NCBI GenBank assembly: GCA_963662465.1
Contig: OY759599.1
Location: forward strand, 4,320,001 to 4,384,000
Source: Desulfatiglandales bacterium
GTDB taxonomy: Bacteria; Desulfobacterota; DSM-4660; Desulfatiglandales; Desulfatiglandaceae
Reading direction: 5' to 3'
Length of the DNA: 64,000 bases
The position numbers and the translations under genes are program-made. Position 1 is the stretch's first letter, and each line of letters begins with the position of its first letter. The notes below the pieces were generated by a model. It was not told the origin of the DNA. It did no database searches and was given only the letters and a program-made list of their open reading frames with translations. This document shows, in pieces, positions 10,355 to 20,587 of this stretch.

Positions 10355-10467
10355 AGCCACACTTTCAGCCCTTATGCTGATCTACACACGCATTTTGGCC
10401 GTTGCCTCCGGGCATCCTCGGCATCCGGATACAGACGAATAAATTGGTCGCACGCTCAAAATAACCC

Positions 10468-10515
10468 TTGACAGCCCTAAAACCATGCATTATGTTATGG
10501 GCAAATGCTCATAAC
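10468..10515 (+). promoter_or_regulatory. Sigma70-type promoter with overlapping palindromic operator
   Basis: TTGACA(10468)-17 nt-TATGTT; palindrome GTTATGGGCA-AA-TGCTCATAAC 10494-10515. Confidence 0.6.
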
Positions 10516-10529
10516 GGAAAGGGGTCCGC

Positions 10530-10868
10530 ATGCCCAGACCGCGAAAGCCCAGATTTGTTGATGGCCCTCCCATTGTGGAGCGATTCCAGCCCCACCCCTT
10601 TCATGCGAAAGGACGGGAAGAGATTGTTCTTCCCCTTGAGGGTCTGGAGGCCATCCGCCTGTGTGACTACGAAAGCCTTAGCCAGGAAGAGGCAGCCCAA
10701 CGAATGAATGTTTCGAGACAAACATTCGGACGGATCCTCATGCACGCCAGGAAAACGGTGGCGGAAACCCTGGTGGTCGGCAAGGTTCTTCGCATTGAAG
10801 GAGGAGCCTTCGAGATGCCTTCCCAAGGCTGCAGGAGACGGCGGCGAGGACGAGGCGGCCCTTTTTAA
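10530..10868 (+). CDS. DUF134 (UPF0251) HTH protein
   Basis: MPRPRKPR...LEAIRLCDYESLSQEEAAQRMNVSRQTFGRIL..AR. Confidence 0.92.
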   Translation: MPRPRKPRFVDGPPIVERFQPHPFHAKGREEIVLPLEGLEAIRLCDYESLSQEEAAQRMNVSRQTFGRILMHARKTVAETLVVGKVLRIEGGAFEMPSQGCRRRRRGRGGPF

Positions 10869-10888
10869 AAAAAAGGAGGTGACTAAAG

Positions 10889-11236
10889 ATGCCTGGATTT
10901 AATGGAACAGGACCCATGGGGGCAGGCCCCATGACGGGTGGTGGACGAGGTTACTGCACCGGGTCGAATGCCGGGGTTCAGCCGAATTATGGCCGACGCA
11001 TTGGCCGAGGAAATGGCTTTGGCAGAGGCGCGGGCAGAGGCCGAGGATACGGCAGAGGGTTTGCCGGGAGTGGCGGATATCCCGCATGGGGGAACGCCCC
11101 TCAATACAATGACCCCTACAATCCGAATCCCGCGGATGAACTCAGCATGCTGAGGGCGCAGGCCGATGCCATGAAATCAACCCTTGACAACATCCAGAAA
11201 CGCATGGCGGAACTGGATAAAACACCCGCAACCTAA
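10889..11236 (+). CDS. DUF5320 family protein
   Basis: MPGFNGTGPMGAGPMTGGGRGYC, GRG-rich middle, C-terminal coiled coil. Confidence 0.88.
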   Translation: MPGFNGTGPMGAGPMTGGGRGYCTGSNAGVQPNYGRRIGRGNGFGRGAGRGRGYGRGFAGSGGYPAWGNAPQYNDPYNPNPADELSMLRAQADAMKSTLDNIQKRMAELDKTPAT

Positions 11237-11338
11237 AACAAGAGCGCTGTTTTGAAAATGGCGGTTTTCTCCGGCTCACAAGCATTCGTGAGCCGGATTT
11301 TTTGGGCTTGGTTCTAACTTCGCCCACCGTTATTTTTT

Positions 11339-11435
11339 GAATATCGAATGCTGAACAAGGAATGTTGAATAATGAAATCAAAACAGAGCATGATACTTCG
11401 ACATTCGATATTCCTTGTTCGACATTCTGCGGTTC
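11339..11435. repeat. Inverted pair of degenerate 7-bp tandem arrays
   Basis: AATATCG AATGCTG AACAAGG AATGTTG AATAATG ... TTCGACA TTCGATA TTCCTTG TTCGACA TTCTGCG. Confidence 0.75.
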
Positions 11436-11479
11436 TCTTTTAACAATGGACGAAATTAGAACCAACCCCGGTGAACAAC

Positions 11480-12739
11480 ATGGCCCTCATCCCAGAAGAT
11501 ATCCGCGATGCCGCAAAGGCCATTGGCGGCAAAATTGTAAAGACCCTTTGCGCCCCCTCCACCACCCTCTCCCAGATCACCGGGGCCCACATCATTTTGA
11601 AATTCGAGAACCTTCAGTTTACGGGTTCCTTCAAGGAACGCGGAGCATTGAACAAACTGCTCTCCCTGTCCCCTGAAAGTCAACATGCGGGCGTCATCGC
11701 CATGTCCGCGGGAAACCACGCTCAGGCCGTGGCTTACCACGCGGGGCGCCTCGGAATTCCGGCGGTCATCATCATGCCCCGGCATACGCCGAACCTCAAG
11801 GTGGAACATACGCGGGCGTTTAATGCCGAGGTCATCCTCAAAGGGGAAGACTTCGACGAAGCCTGCGTTTTTGCAAAAAAACTGGCCATGGAACGGAACC
11901 TGGAGATGGTCCATCCCTATGACGATGAACAAGTCATGGCGGGCCAGGGAACCGTTGCCCTTGAAATGCTCGAGATGTTTCCCGATCTGGAATCCATTGT
12001 CGTGCCCGTCGGCGGCGGCGGATTTATCGCGGGATGCGCCGTTGCCGCAAAGGCCATAAACCCCGAAATCTCAATCTTCGGCGTTGAGACCAAACGCTAT
12101 GCCTCCATGCATTGCGCCCTAAAGGGAACTTCACCTCAGTGGGGAACATGTACTCTTGCCGAAGGCATCGCCGTTAAAGAACCGGGATGCCTGCCCCTGG
12201 AAATCATTAAACAAACCGTGGACGACATCCTGCTGGTAGACGAAGGGGATATCGAAGAGGCGGTGTTGTTGCTCCTTGAAGTGGAAAAAACAGTGGTGGA
12301 GGGCGCCGGCGCCGTGGGACTGGCCGCCGTCATGAAGTATCCAAGCCGTTTTCTCGGGAAAAAAACAGGACTCATTCTGTCCGGCGGCAACATCGATCTT
12401 CTGCCGCTTTCGTCCATCATCCAGCGAGGCCTGGTGAGAACCGGTCGTCTCATCCGATTACGGGTGGAACTCAGGGATTTTCCCGGGGCCTTATCGGAGG
12501 TGACCCGTTGTATCGCCGATGCGGAAGCCAATATCGTGGAAGTCCACCACCAGAGAGCCTTTACGGACCTGCCCCTTCAATCCGCCGAGGTGGAATTCGT
12601 GGTGCAAACCCGAGGACTTTCCCATGTTGACGCGCTTCTGAAAGCCCTCGAGTCTTCCGGATACCATGCGGAACCCTGCAAACAATTACAACACAGGATT
12701 CAACCGGTGGAAAAAGCCCGCTCCCCCAAGTTACCATAA
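11480..12739 (+). CDS. ilvA: Threonine ammonia-lyase with C-terminal ACT domain
   Basis: LKFENLQFTGSFKERGA (PLP Lys), SAGNHAQ, VGGGG, LSGGNID. Confidence 0.92.
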   Translation: MALIPEDIRDAAKAIGGKIVKTLCAPSTTLSQITGAHIILKFENLQFTGSFKERGALNKLLSLSPESQHAGVIAMSAGNHAQAVAYHAGRLGIPAVIIMPRHTPNLKVEHTRAFNAEVILKGEDFDEACVFAKKLAMERNLEMVHPYDDEQVMAGQGTVALEMLEMFPDLESIVVPVGGGGFIAGCAVAAKAINPEISIFGVETKRYASMHCALKGTSPQWGTCTLAEGIAVKEPGCLPLEIIKQTVDDILLVDEGDIEEAVLLLLEVEKTVVEGAGAVGLAAVMKYPSRFLGKKTGLILSGGNIDLLPLSSIIQRGLVRTGRLIRLRVELRDFPGALSEVTRCIADAEANIVEVHHQRAFTDLPLQSAEVEFVVQTRGLSHVDALLKALESSGYHAEPCKQLQHRIQPVEKARSPKLP

Positions 12740-15700
12740 CGGTGAACCATATCGCAGATGCTCTGGTTTTTCAGGTAGTGGAGCAGTTCGATCCGGCCTT
12801 CCATCAAAACCGGTTCCCTGGCAATATAAAAACCGGTTTTTGCCGCAGCCCGCAACACGGCATCCGGTGTTCGTTCCGGCCCGGCGTATCGAATACCCTG
12901 AACCTTTGGCATCCGCTCAATGAGATCGGCGTCGGATTCAAATCGGAGGGTTGATTCTTCCATGAGGGGCGCACACATCTCCCTTTGAATAAACTCCACC
13001 CCATGATTTTTCAGTTCGCCGGGGATACTGATGATCGCGGTGCAGCCGCACACCCGGGCCGCGGCGATTCTTGCCAGAATCTCAAAGAGGCTGTCCGCTT
13101 CATGGAGCTGGATAACCACCCTGCCCAGGGGGAGAAATCTCAGGATATTATCCTGGCCCCGCAAATGAAAATAATCGGTTTCCCCGGAAAAAACCCGTTC
13201 AAACTGGAAAATATAGCTTTTAATGGCCCGAACGGTTTTTTGCATGTCGTCTGCCGTTTCAGCGAATTTCCCCCAGACCAGATCGGTCTGCCATTTCTGG
13301 ACAAGACGCAGCAACGAACTCTCTTTTTTGATGGCCCCGATCCCGGGAAAACCGGTTTCCTCAAATTTCATGAATTGCGCCACATAATGGGGCGACCCGG
13401 CTTTGATCCCCGGACCGATGGCGGATTTACTCATGCCGCCGAAGGGTTGGCGCAACGTAATCGCACCGGTTGTGCCGCGATTGAGGTAAAGGTTGCCGGC
13501 GCGTATGGTTTCTTTCCATCGCTTTTGCTCCCGTTTATCAAGACTTTCAATGGCGGATGTCAACCCGTATCCGGTTCCGTTGGCAAGCGAAACGGCATGG
13601 TCAAGATCATCCGCGCACATGACCCCTAAGAGTGGGCCAAAAAATTCGGTCATGTGGGTCCGGCCTCCGGCCGACACATTCCATTTGATGCCGGGCGTCC
13701 ACATGTGCGGGTTGTCATCTGCATTTTCAGGCTTCAAGGCCCACGATTCTCCGGGTTCCAGGACGGTAAGCGCCCGCTTTAATTCACCGGAAGGGGGCTG
13801 GATCAAAGGACCCACACGGGTTTTAAAATCCCATGGGGACCCCACCGAAAGACTGGCGGCGGCGTCCACTAACTGCTGCTTGAAATGGTTGTCATGATAG
13901 ACTTCCTTTTCCAGAATCAGAAGGGACGTGGCCGAACACTTCTGCCCGGCGTTGCCGAAGGCTGAATAGACGATGTTTTGAATGGCCTGATCCCGATCCG
14001 CCATGGCCGTGACGATGGTTGCGTTTTTGCCGCCGGTTTCGGCCATGAGCAGCAAATCCGGCTTGCGGGACAGTAATTGAAGCCCGGTATGGGTTCCGCC
14101 GGTCAGGATAACAAAATCAACATCTGGATGGCAGGCCAGCTGTTCCCCGACACCACCGCCGGTACAGGGACAAAATTGAAGGGCGTTTTTCGAAACCCCC
14201 GCTTCCCAAAATGCCCGGCACAGCAGCCAGGCCACCAGCACCGCATTGGATGCGGGCTTGAAGATCACCCGATTGCCGGCAGCAAGGGCCGACAGAATGC
14301 CGCCTGAAGGAATGGCGATGGGAAAATTCCAGGGTGAAATCACCACGCCCACGCCCTTACCGCGGCTGGTAACGTGTCTCATATCGCTGAACGCACTGGT
14401 GGAAAAGGGATAGTATTCCGCAAAATCAATGGCTTCAGAGACTTCCACATCCGCTTCGGTAAAAATTTTCCCGGTGTTGACCGCAGCCGCCCCAATCAAA
14501 TCCCCCCGCATTTGACGAATTCTCCGGGCCACCCGCGAAAGGATCTGGTGTCGTATTTCCGGGTCATGGTTTCCCCATCCGTCCGGGTCCCTTTTGGCCG
14601 CGGCCACCGCCTGCCCGATATCCGCTTCATCGGCAAGCCGAAACCTGGCCACATGAATTTTATCGCTAAACCGAGACGGATCCAAACACGCCACGGTTTT
14701 CCGGTTCGCATAAATGGTTTGACCGGCAATGACCAGGGGAATTTCAACCGGGTCGCTTGAAGGACCTTTTTGCCAGTTGGCGCGAATTTTTTCCGCCCAG
14801 TTTCGGTTGGCGGGAAGAGACCAGTCTGTGTTCGGCTCGTTTCTGAACTCCCCCTCATAAAACGTCCCCATGGATTTTGAAACCGTCTCACTGTTTCGAT
14901 CCTGCACCCTGTGGGGCGCGTGACTGACATGATCCATGTGACGGCATGACGCCAGAAAACGGCGGCCGAGCATTTGCCACGCCTCGGCGTTGACGGTTAA
15001 AAATGGCGCATATCGCAGGAAATTTTCATCCGCCGTGTTTTCATCCAATCGTCGAATCAAATATGCAATGGCGTTGATAAACTGATCTTTAGCGGCCACC
15101 GGCGCATACAAAATCAGAGACCGCTCCCCTTCGGAAAGGGCTCTTCGAACGTGATCGGCCATCCCTTCGAGCATTTCGAAGCCGACCTGGTCCGTCAAAT
15201 GGTTCTCCCTGGCCAATTCTTCACCATAGGCCAGTTCAAACAGGTTGTGGGAAGCGATTCCCAGGTGTACCGCCCGGATGTTTTCAGGTGTCATCCCGAA
15301 ATGGATCATCCGTTTAAAATTGGCGTCCACATCCCGTTTGTTGTCGTACGGCGCAAGGGGCCAGTCAAAAAGGGCGGATTCGATCTTTTCCATCTCCAGG
15401 TTGGCGCCCTTGACGATCCGAATTTTGATGGGGCTTCCGCCGTTTTCAACCCGTTCGCGGGCCCAGGCGGTCAGCCGCTTTTGAATGGGGTATGAATCGG
15501 GCAGATAGGCCTGAAGAGCGATTCCGGCAAAACATTTTTTCAGCTCGCTTTGATCAAGGGTTCGCATAAACGCTTCACAGGTAATTTCAAGGTCCCCATA
15601 TCCTTCCATGTCGAGATTGACGAATTTGGGCGCCCTATCGCCGTTTTGACGGACGAAAACATTTTCGAGAGCCGTCCTGTACAACCTGGAAAGCCGCTGG

Positions 15701-16308
15701 GTAAGGACCTGAAGGGTATGCGCAAAGGCAAGGGGATGAATCTGGGAATAGAGGGTGGAAATTTTAACGGAGACATACTCAATTTCGGGATTTTCCAGGT
15801 CATCCACATAGTGGTCCAGTCTGCGAAGCGCCTCTTTTTCCCCCAGTACCGCTTCGCCCAGATGATTAACGTTAACGCGGACTCCCTGCTTTCTTCGTTT
15901 TTTCAAATAGGCGGAAAGGGCTTCCGGCTCTCCCGGAATAATGGCCCTGCTGCTGCTTTCTCTCATCTTTTCAATGAATCGAGGAACGGTCAGCCGCGGG
16001 ATGTGACGCGCAACGTCCATAAACATTTGCAGCAGAATTTTTTCAAACCGGGAAAAGAAATCAGGCGTGCCGTATTCTTTCAAAATGCTGCCCAGTTGAT
16101 CGGCGACCCGGGCCGGATCATGGGAACGGAAGCTCTGATCGATCAGCCGGGCGAGTACGATTTTATCCCTGGGCCGGGTCAGAAGCCGCCGCATCTGCTC
16201 CTGCAAGCCCTTTTCCTCCCGACTCAACAACTCATTGGCCCGGTTTTGCCACTTTTCGGCCCGCAACATGGCCCTTTGGGCCAGCCTTTCCCGCTGTTCC
16301 TTATCCAT
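12700..16308 (-). CDS. putA: Bifunctional proline dehydrogenase / P5C dehydrogenase
   Basis: NLDME, QAYLPDS, RIVKGAN, IRRLDEN; PWNFP, ETGGKN, GQKCSA, EFFGP, QPFGG. Confidence 0.95.
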   Translation of the reverse strand: MDKEQRERLAQRAMLRAEKWQNRANELLSREEKGLQEQMRRLLTRPRDKIVLARLIDQSFRSHDPARVADQLGSILKEYGTPDFFSRFEKILLQMFMDVARHIPRLTVPRFIEKMRESSSRAIIPGEPEALSAYLKKRRKQGVRVNVNHLGEAVLGEKEALRRLDHYVDDLENPEIEYVSVKISTLYSQIHPLAFAHTLQVLTQRLSRLYRTALENVFVRQNGDRAPKFVNLDMEGYGDLEITCEAFMRTLDQSELKKCFAGIALQAYLPDSYPIQKRLTAWARERVENGGSPIKIRIVKGANLEMEKIESALFDWPLAPYDNKRDVDANFKRMIHFGMTPENIRAVHLGIASHNLFELAYGEELARENHLTDQVGFEMLEGMADHVRRALSEGERSLILYAPVAAKDQFINAIAYLIRRLDENTADENFLRYAPFLTVNAEAWQMLGRRFLASCRHMDHVSHAPHRVQDRNSETVSKSMGTFYEGEFRNEPNTDWSLPANRNWAEKIRANWQKGPSSDPVEIPLVIAGQTIYANRKTVACLDPSRFSDKIHVARFRLADEADIGQAVAAAKRDPDGWGNHDPEIRHQILSRVARRIRQMRGDLIGAAAVNTGKIFTEADVEVSEAIDFAEYYPFSTSAFSDMRHVTSRGKGVGVVISPWNFPIAIPSGGILSALAAGNRVIFKPASNAVLVAWLLCRAFWEAGVSKNALQFCPCTGGGVGEQLACHPDVDFVILTGGTHTGLQLLSRKPDLLLMAETGGKNATIVTAMADRDQAIQNIVYSAFGNAGQKCSATSLLILEKEVYHDNHFKQQLVDAAASLSVGSPWDFKTRVGPLIQPPSGELKRALTVLEPGESWALKPENADDNPHMWTPGIKWNVSAGGRTHMTEFFGPLLGVMCADDLDHAVSLANGTGYGLTSAIESLDKREQKRWKETIRAGNLYLNRGTTGAITLRQPFGGMSKSAIGPGIKAGSPHYVAQFMKFEETGFPGIGAIKKESSLLRLVQKWQTDLVWGKFAETADDMQKTVRAIKSYIFQFERVFSGETDYFHLRGQDNILRFLPLGRVVIQLHEADSLFEILARIAAARVCGCTAIISIPGELKNHGVEFIQREMCAPLMEESTLRFESDADLIERMPKVQGIRYAGPERTPDAVLRAAAKTGFYIAREPVLMEGRIELLHYLKNQSICDMVHRYGNLGERAFSTG

Positions 16309-16359
16309 GAGATCTACCTCCCAGCCGAAAGGGTTTCTCCGTTATTTCATTAACATTCC

Positions 16360-18012
16360 CTAGGCCTCGGGCCAGAGGCGAGCGGCGGTTTCCCGCAATT
16401 CGTATTTTAGAATTTTGCCACTGGCCGTCATTGGGTAGTCAGAAACAAAATGGACGTATTTGGGAATCTTGTAGCGCGAAATCCGGCCGCGACAATAATC
16501 GCGAACATCCTCGGACGCAATGTCGACGCGTTGTTTCAGTTTGACGAAAGCACCGATTTCCTCGCCGTATTTGGCGCTGGGAACCGCCACAATCTGGACG
16601 TCCTGAATGCCTTCCATACACAACAGGTATTCTTCTATTTCCCGGGGATAAACATTCTCACCGCCGCGAATAATCATATCCTTGTTGCGGCCGGTAATCG
16701 ACAGATAGCCGTCCGGGTCCAATTCGCCAATGTCGCCGGTACGCAGCCAGCCGGCTTGATCAACGGCACGGGCGGTAGCATCCGGCATCCGGCAATACCC
16801 TTTCATAACATTGTAACCCCGGCAACAAATCTCCCCACGCTGACCCAAGGAGACCTCAATCCCATTTTCGGGGTCGATCAGTTTGATATCAATGCCCGGC
16901 AAGGCCTTGCCGACGGTCCGGGTGCGCCGTTTGAGATCATCCGTCGGCAGGGTCTGGGTAATCACCGGCGATCCTTCGGTCAATCCGTAGCAGATCGTAA
17001 CCGCTTTCATATTCATTTTTGCCATAACGTCTTCCATGGTCTTGACGGGGCAGGCAGCGCCGGCCATGATGCCGGTGCGGAGAGAAGAAAAATCGAATTT
17101 GGAAAACAGTTTATGTTCCAGGACGGCAATGAACATGGTCGGCACCCCGTAGAGAGCGGTACAGCGTTCCTGTTCCACTGCCGACATGATTTGAACCGGA
17201 TCGAAGTCCTCCAGGATCACAAGACCGGCCCCATGGTTCACGGCCGCCAGAACGCCCAGCACACAGCCAAAGCAGTGAAACAGCGGGACCGGCAGGCAGA
17301 TGCGATCATCCGGACCCAGTTCCATATTGGCGCCGATCCAGTAGCCGTTGTTGGCGATATTGTGATGGGTCAACATGACCCCCTTGGGAAAACCGGTGGT
17401 TCCGGAGGTATACTGCATATTGACGACTTGGTGGACATCCAGCCGGGCTTGACGCCGGCGATATTCAGCGGGGTCGGTCATTCGACTCAAGGCCATAATT
17501 TCGGGCATGGCATACATGCCGCGATGCTTGTCCTGGTCGAGAAAGAAAACCCGTTTAAGATGAGGGAATCGGACGCTTTTCAGAAAGCCGCGCTGCTGGG
17601 TTCGGAGTTCCGGGATCAAATCGTAAACCATCGACACATAATCGACATCGCGAAAGCCTTCGATCAAAAACAGGTTTTCCGCTTCAGACTGTTGCAGCAG
17701 ATATTCCAGTTCGGTGCGGCGATAATGGGTGTTGACCGTCAACAAAACGGCGCCGATTTTGGCGGTGGCAAACTGCAGAGCAACCCAGTAGGGGACATTA
17801 TTGGCCCATAAAGCCACCTTTTCACCAGGCCCTATTCCGAGGGCCATCAGGCCTTTGGCCAGCTGGTCCACAACCCGGCCGAATTCACCATAGGTCAAGC
17901 GAAAATCGCGGTCCACATAAACGATGGCCTCTTTATCCGGATACTTCTCGATAGCGCGATCGAGGAGCCGACCCAGGGTATGGTTGTGTAGATGGACTTG
18001 CGCTGGTTTCAT
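16360..18012 (-). CDS. AMP-binding acyl-CoA synthetase
   Basis: YTSGTTGFPKG, YGLTE, TGD, GRNKDMIIRGGENVYPREIE, SGKI. Confidence 0.93.
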   Translation of the reverse strand: MKPAQVHLHNHTLGRLLDRAIEKYPDKEAIVYVDRDFRLTYGEFGRVVDQLAKGLMALGIGPGEKVALWANNVPYWVALQFATAKIGAVLLTVNTHYRRTELEYLLQQSEAENLFLIEGFRDVDYVSMVYDLIPELRTQQRGFLKSVRFPHLKRVFFLDQDKHRGMYAMPEIMALSRMTDPAEYRRRQARLDVHQVVNMQYTSGTTGFPKGVMLTHHNIANNGYWIGANMELGPDDRICLPVPLFHCFGCVLGVLAAVNHGAGLVILEDFDPVQIMSAVEQERCTALYGVPTMFIAVLEHKLFSKFDFSSLRTGIMAGAACPVKTMEDVMAKMNMKAVTICYGLTEGSPVITQTLPTDDLKRRTRTVGKALPGIDIKLIDPENGIEVSLGQRGEICCRGYNVMKGYCRMPDATARAVDQAGWLRTGDIGELDPDGYLSITGRNKDMIIRGGENVYPREIEEYLLCMEGIQDVQIVAVPSAKYGEEIGAFVKLKQRVDIASEDVRDYCRGRISRYKIPKYVHFVSDYPMTASGKILKYELRETAARLWPEA

Positions 18013-18014
18013 CT

Positions 18015-18584
18015 TCACAACTCCATAATGAATAGTACGGCATAAATGGACGCTTTTTCGTCTCCGATGCATCCCACATGATGGGGGACCACCGAATTAT
18101 AATAAATGCTGTCGCCCGGATTGAGGACATAGGTTTCACGGCCGTAGATCAGCTCGACCCGACCACTGACGACCACGATGAATTCCTCTCCCTCATGACT
18201 GCTCAGGGCTTTATTGCAGCCGGAGGCGGGCATCAGTTCCACGAAAAACGGTTCCATGCGTCGGTCGCTTTTTCCGAGCCCCAGGGGATAAAAAGCCACT
18301 TCCGTCGGGGCCTGTTCACCACGATGCGTGGTCAGTTGCTGTTGCCGTTCGTCCCGGCGAACGATCAGGGGATCTTCGGAAATATGGTCATCCAGGAAAG
18401 TGCCCAGACGGACGCCCAGGCTACGGGCAATTTTGATCAGGGGCCCAAGCGAAGGGTACAGATCGGATTCTTCAACCGCTTTTAAAAAATCGATTTCGAG
18501 GCCGGTCTGTTTGGCGAGGTCCTCCATGGTCAAATTGGCTCGTTGACGATAATCGACAATCCGTTTTCCAACGGGTGCGCTCAT
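18015..18584 (-). CDS. XRE-HTH + cupin transcriptional regulator
   Basis: N-terminal HTH; cupin HEGEEF...GDSIYY...PH. Confidence 0.92.
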   Translation of the reverse strand: MSAPVGKRIVDYRQRANLTMEDLAKQTGLEIDFLKAVEESDLYPSLGPLIKIARSLGVRLGTFLDDHISEDPLIVRRDERQQQLTTHRGEQAPTEVAFYPLGLGKSDRRMEPFFVELMPASGCNKALSSHEGEEFIVVVSGRVELIYGRETYVLNPGDSIYYNSVVPHHVGCIGDEKASIYAVLFIMEL

Positions 18585-18793
18585 GAGATTCTCCCTTAAT
18601 TCAAGTAAGCCTCGGCGAGAGGCATATTCCGGCGAAACACGCCGGGATACAAAAGATAAAAAGCCTCAATATCAAGGCGGTCCGGTCTTTGTCAAATATT
18701 TTGACGAGCAAGCCGACCGCTATCCCCCCCCAAAGCCAGACCCATGGCGTATATTACCCCTATATCATCGTAGCTATAAGTATTATTGCGGTT

Positions 18794-20371
18794 TTATTTC
18801 AAGTCGTACACCACAAGCCTACTTTTGGGCGATCCCGCGATGAAGCCACTGGTCACATTGGCCACCACCAGTTCTTTCAAGCCGTCGTTATCCACATCGG
18901 CCACCCGATACCCCACAACCGCTCCGGAAAGTTTTGGGGTCGTCCATTGGGAAACCAGGCTCGCTTCATCCCAGTCCATGAAATAAACCCGACCGCTGCC
19001 GAACCAGCGGAAAGCCTCCAATATCCTGGCAAATTCGGAATCGTTTTTACAAACAACCACTTCCCTTTTTCCGTCTCCGTTGACATCGCAAGTGAAGATG
19101 GGGGATGCAATAAAAAGCTTTTTAGCCGTATCGGCCATACGGTTTGCATCCGGATCCATGTATTCCATATCAGTAAGGCTTCCGCCAAAAAAGTCGTCGC
19201 TTTTCCACAGCTGTCGGCCCGCGGAATCACAAACATACAGATGCTCCCATGGATCGAGTAGAACCGTAAAAAAAGAGCCTTTTCCGGTAAGATCGCACTG
19301 CACAAAATTGAACACATTGCTAAAGCGGGGAAGACTGAGCACACCTGCTGAAACGAAACCATCTCCCTGGCGTTTCAGAAAGTGAACATCGCCCATATAA
19401 TTTCCTTCGGCGCTCCGTTTCTGGCCCAAAACCACCTTTCCCCTGCCCGGAAGTTCCACGACGCGAATGAGCCACGACTGGCCGTGAAAAATCTCCTTGA
19501 ATTTGGAACCGTCCCATTCAAAGACCAGGGAGCCGGCATTGGTTGCGGTGAGATTGCAGACATAAATCTCCGCCTTGCCGTTTCCATCCATATCGGCCAC
19601 ATTCATGTAAATGTAATTGGGGGACCAAGTGCTTTCGATGGTTTTGAAAAGACGGGGACCTTTCTTTTGCCAGTTGTAAACAAAAACGTTCGTTTTATCG
19701 ATCAGGACCAGTTCGTTTTTGCCGTCTCCGTCCAGGTCCCCCACATCCAGCCCCCTGATTTCAAAGTTGAAACGCCGTACGAAAGAGGGTTTTTTGTGGG
19801 AGACAGCCGCATTCTTTCCAATGCTGACCCGTGCGCCGACATCGCGTTCCGGAAGTGCAAATTCATCGGACCCCTGTTCCCGAGAAATATCCTTTCCCAT
19901 AATCCTGGCATTGATGTTCTCCACAAACTGGTTGACCGTGGGAATGATCCCGTCCTTTCCCTTTGATTGATCGTAGGCAGTGGCCAGCACTTCCGATTTC
20001 TTTATATCCATAATTTTGGCATCCAAACTTACGCTCTCACCAAATACGGTAAGACTCCCGAAAATAACATATTCAGCCCCCAGAACTTTGCCGATTTGCA
20101 GGGCGTTGGCCTCATTCATGGGCCCCGGTACGGCGGAAACCGCTTTTTTGACGACGCCCTTTTCAAGGATGTACAGTTTGTCTTTCCAGGCAAGCCTGGA
20201 ACTCAGCATATCCATGATGCCTTCCCGAAAAAAATTGAGATCGCGATCGGAGTTCATTGTGAAGGGGAGAATGGCAAGTTTTTTGGGTTCCGCTGAAAAA
20301 GAGGGCGTAATCAAAAACAGCATGGGCGCAACAAAAAAGATAACTACGCAAACAGCAATTCTAGTCTTCAT
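18794..20371 (-). CDS. Secreted FG-GAP/VCBS repeat protein, copy 1
   Basis: Signal peptide, KLAILPF domain, repeats DLDGDGKNE, DMDGNGKAE, DVNGDGKRE, DVDNDGLKE. Confidence 0.85.
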   Translation of the reverse strand: MKTRIAVCVVIFFVAPMLFLITPSFSAEPKKLAILPFTMNSDRDLNFFREGIMDMLSSRLAWKDKLYILEKGVVKKAVSAVPGPMNEANALQIGKVLGAEYVIFGSLTVFGESVSLDAKIMDIKKSEVLATAYDQSKGKDGIIPTVNQFVENINARIMGKDISREQGSDEFALPERDVGARVSIGKNAAVSHKKPSFVRRFNFEIRGLDVGDLDGDGKNELVLIDKTNVFVYNWQKKGPRLFKTIESTWSPNYIYMNVADMDGNGKAEIYVCNLTATNAGSLVFEWDGSKFKEIFHGQSWLIRVVELPGRGKVVLGQKRSAEGNYMGDVHFLKRQGDGFVSAGVLSLPRFSNVFNFVQCDLTGKGSFFTVLLDPWEHLYVCDSAGRQLWKSDDFFGGSLTDMEYMDPDANRMADTAKKLFIASPIFTCDVNGDGKREVVVCKNDSEFARILEAFRWFGSGRVYFMDWDEASLVSQWTTPKLSGAVVGYRVADVDNDGLKELVVANVTSGFIAGSPKSRLVVYDLK

Positions 20372-20576
20372 GATTTTCCTCATATTCAAGAATATCTCCC
20401 GGCTGGCAGTCAAGGGATTTACAGATGGCATCCAAGGTGGAAAAACGAATCGCTTTGGCTTTTCCGGTTTTTAGAACCGATAAATTTTGCTCGGTGATCC
20501 CAACCAATTTTGCAAGTTCAATCGATTTCATTTTGCGCTTTGCCAGAACCACATCCAGATTTATAATAATTGGCAT
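20361..20576 (-). CDS. XRE/Cro-CI HTH regulator (YozG-like), copy 1
   Basis: LDVVLAKRKM...GITEQNLSVLKTGKAKAIRFSTL...PGDILEY. Confidence 0.92.
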   Translation of the reverse strand: MPIIINLDVVLAKRKMKSIELAKLVGITEQNLSVLKTGKAKAIRFSTLDAICKSLDCQPGDILEYEENHED

Positions 20577-20587
20577 TGCGTCTCCAT

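Noticed and set aside
12700..12739. 40-bp 3' overlap of ilvA and putA
   Set aside because: Short convergent overlap from a non-conserved tail; common and uninformative
16450..17811. Long antisense ORFs (also 24678-26027, 23586-24497, 54599-55375, 53844-54563)
   Set aside because: Shadows of well-supported genes on the opposite strand, with no motifs of their own
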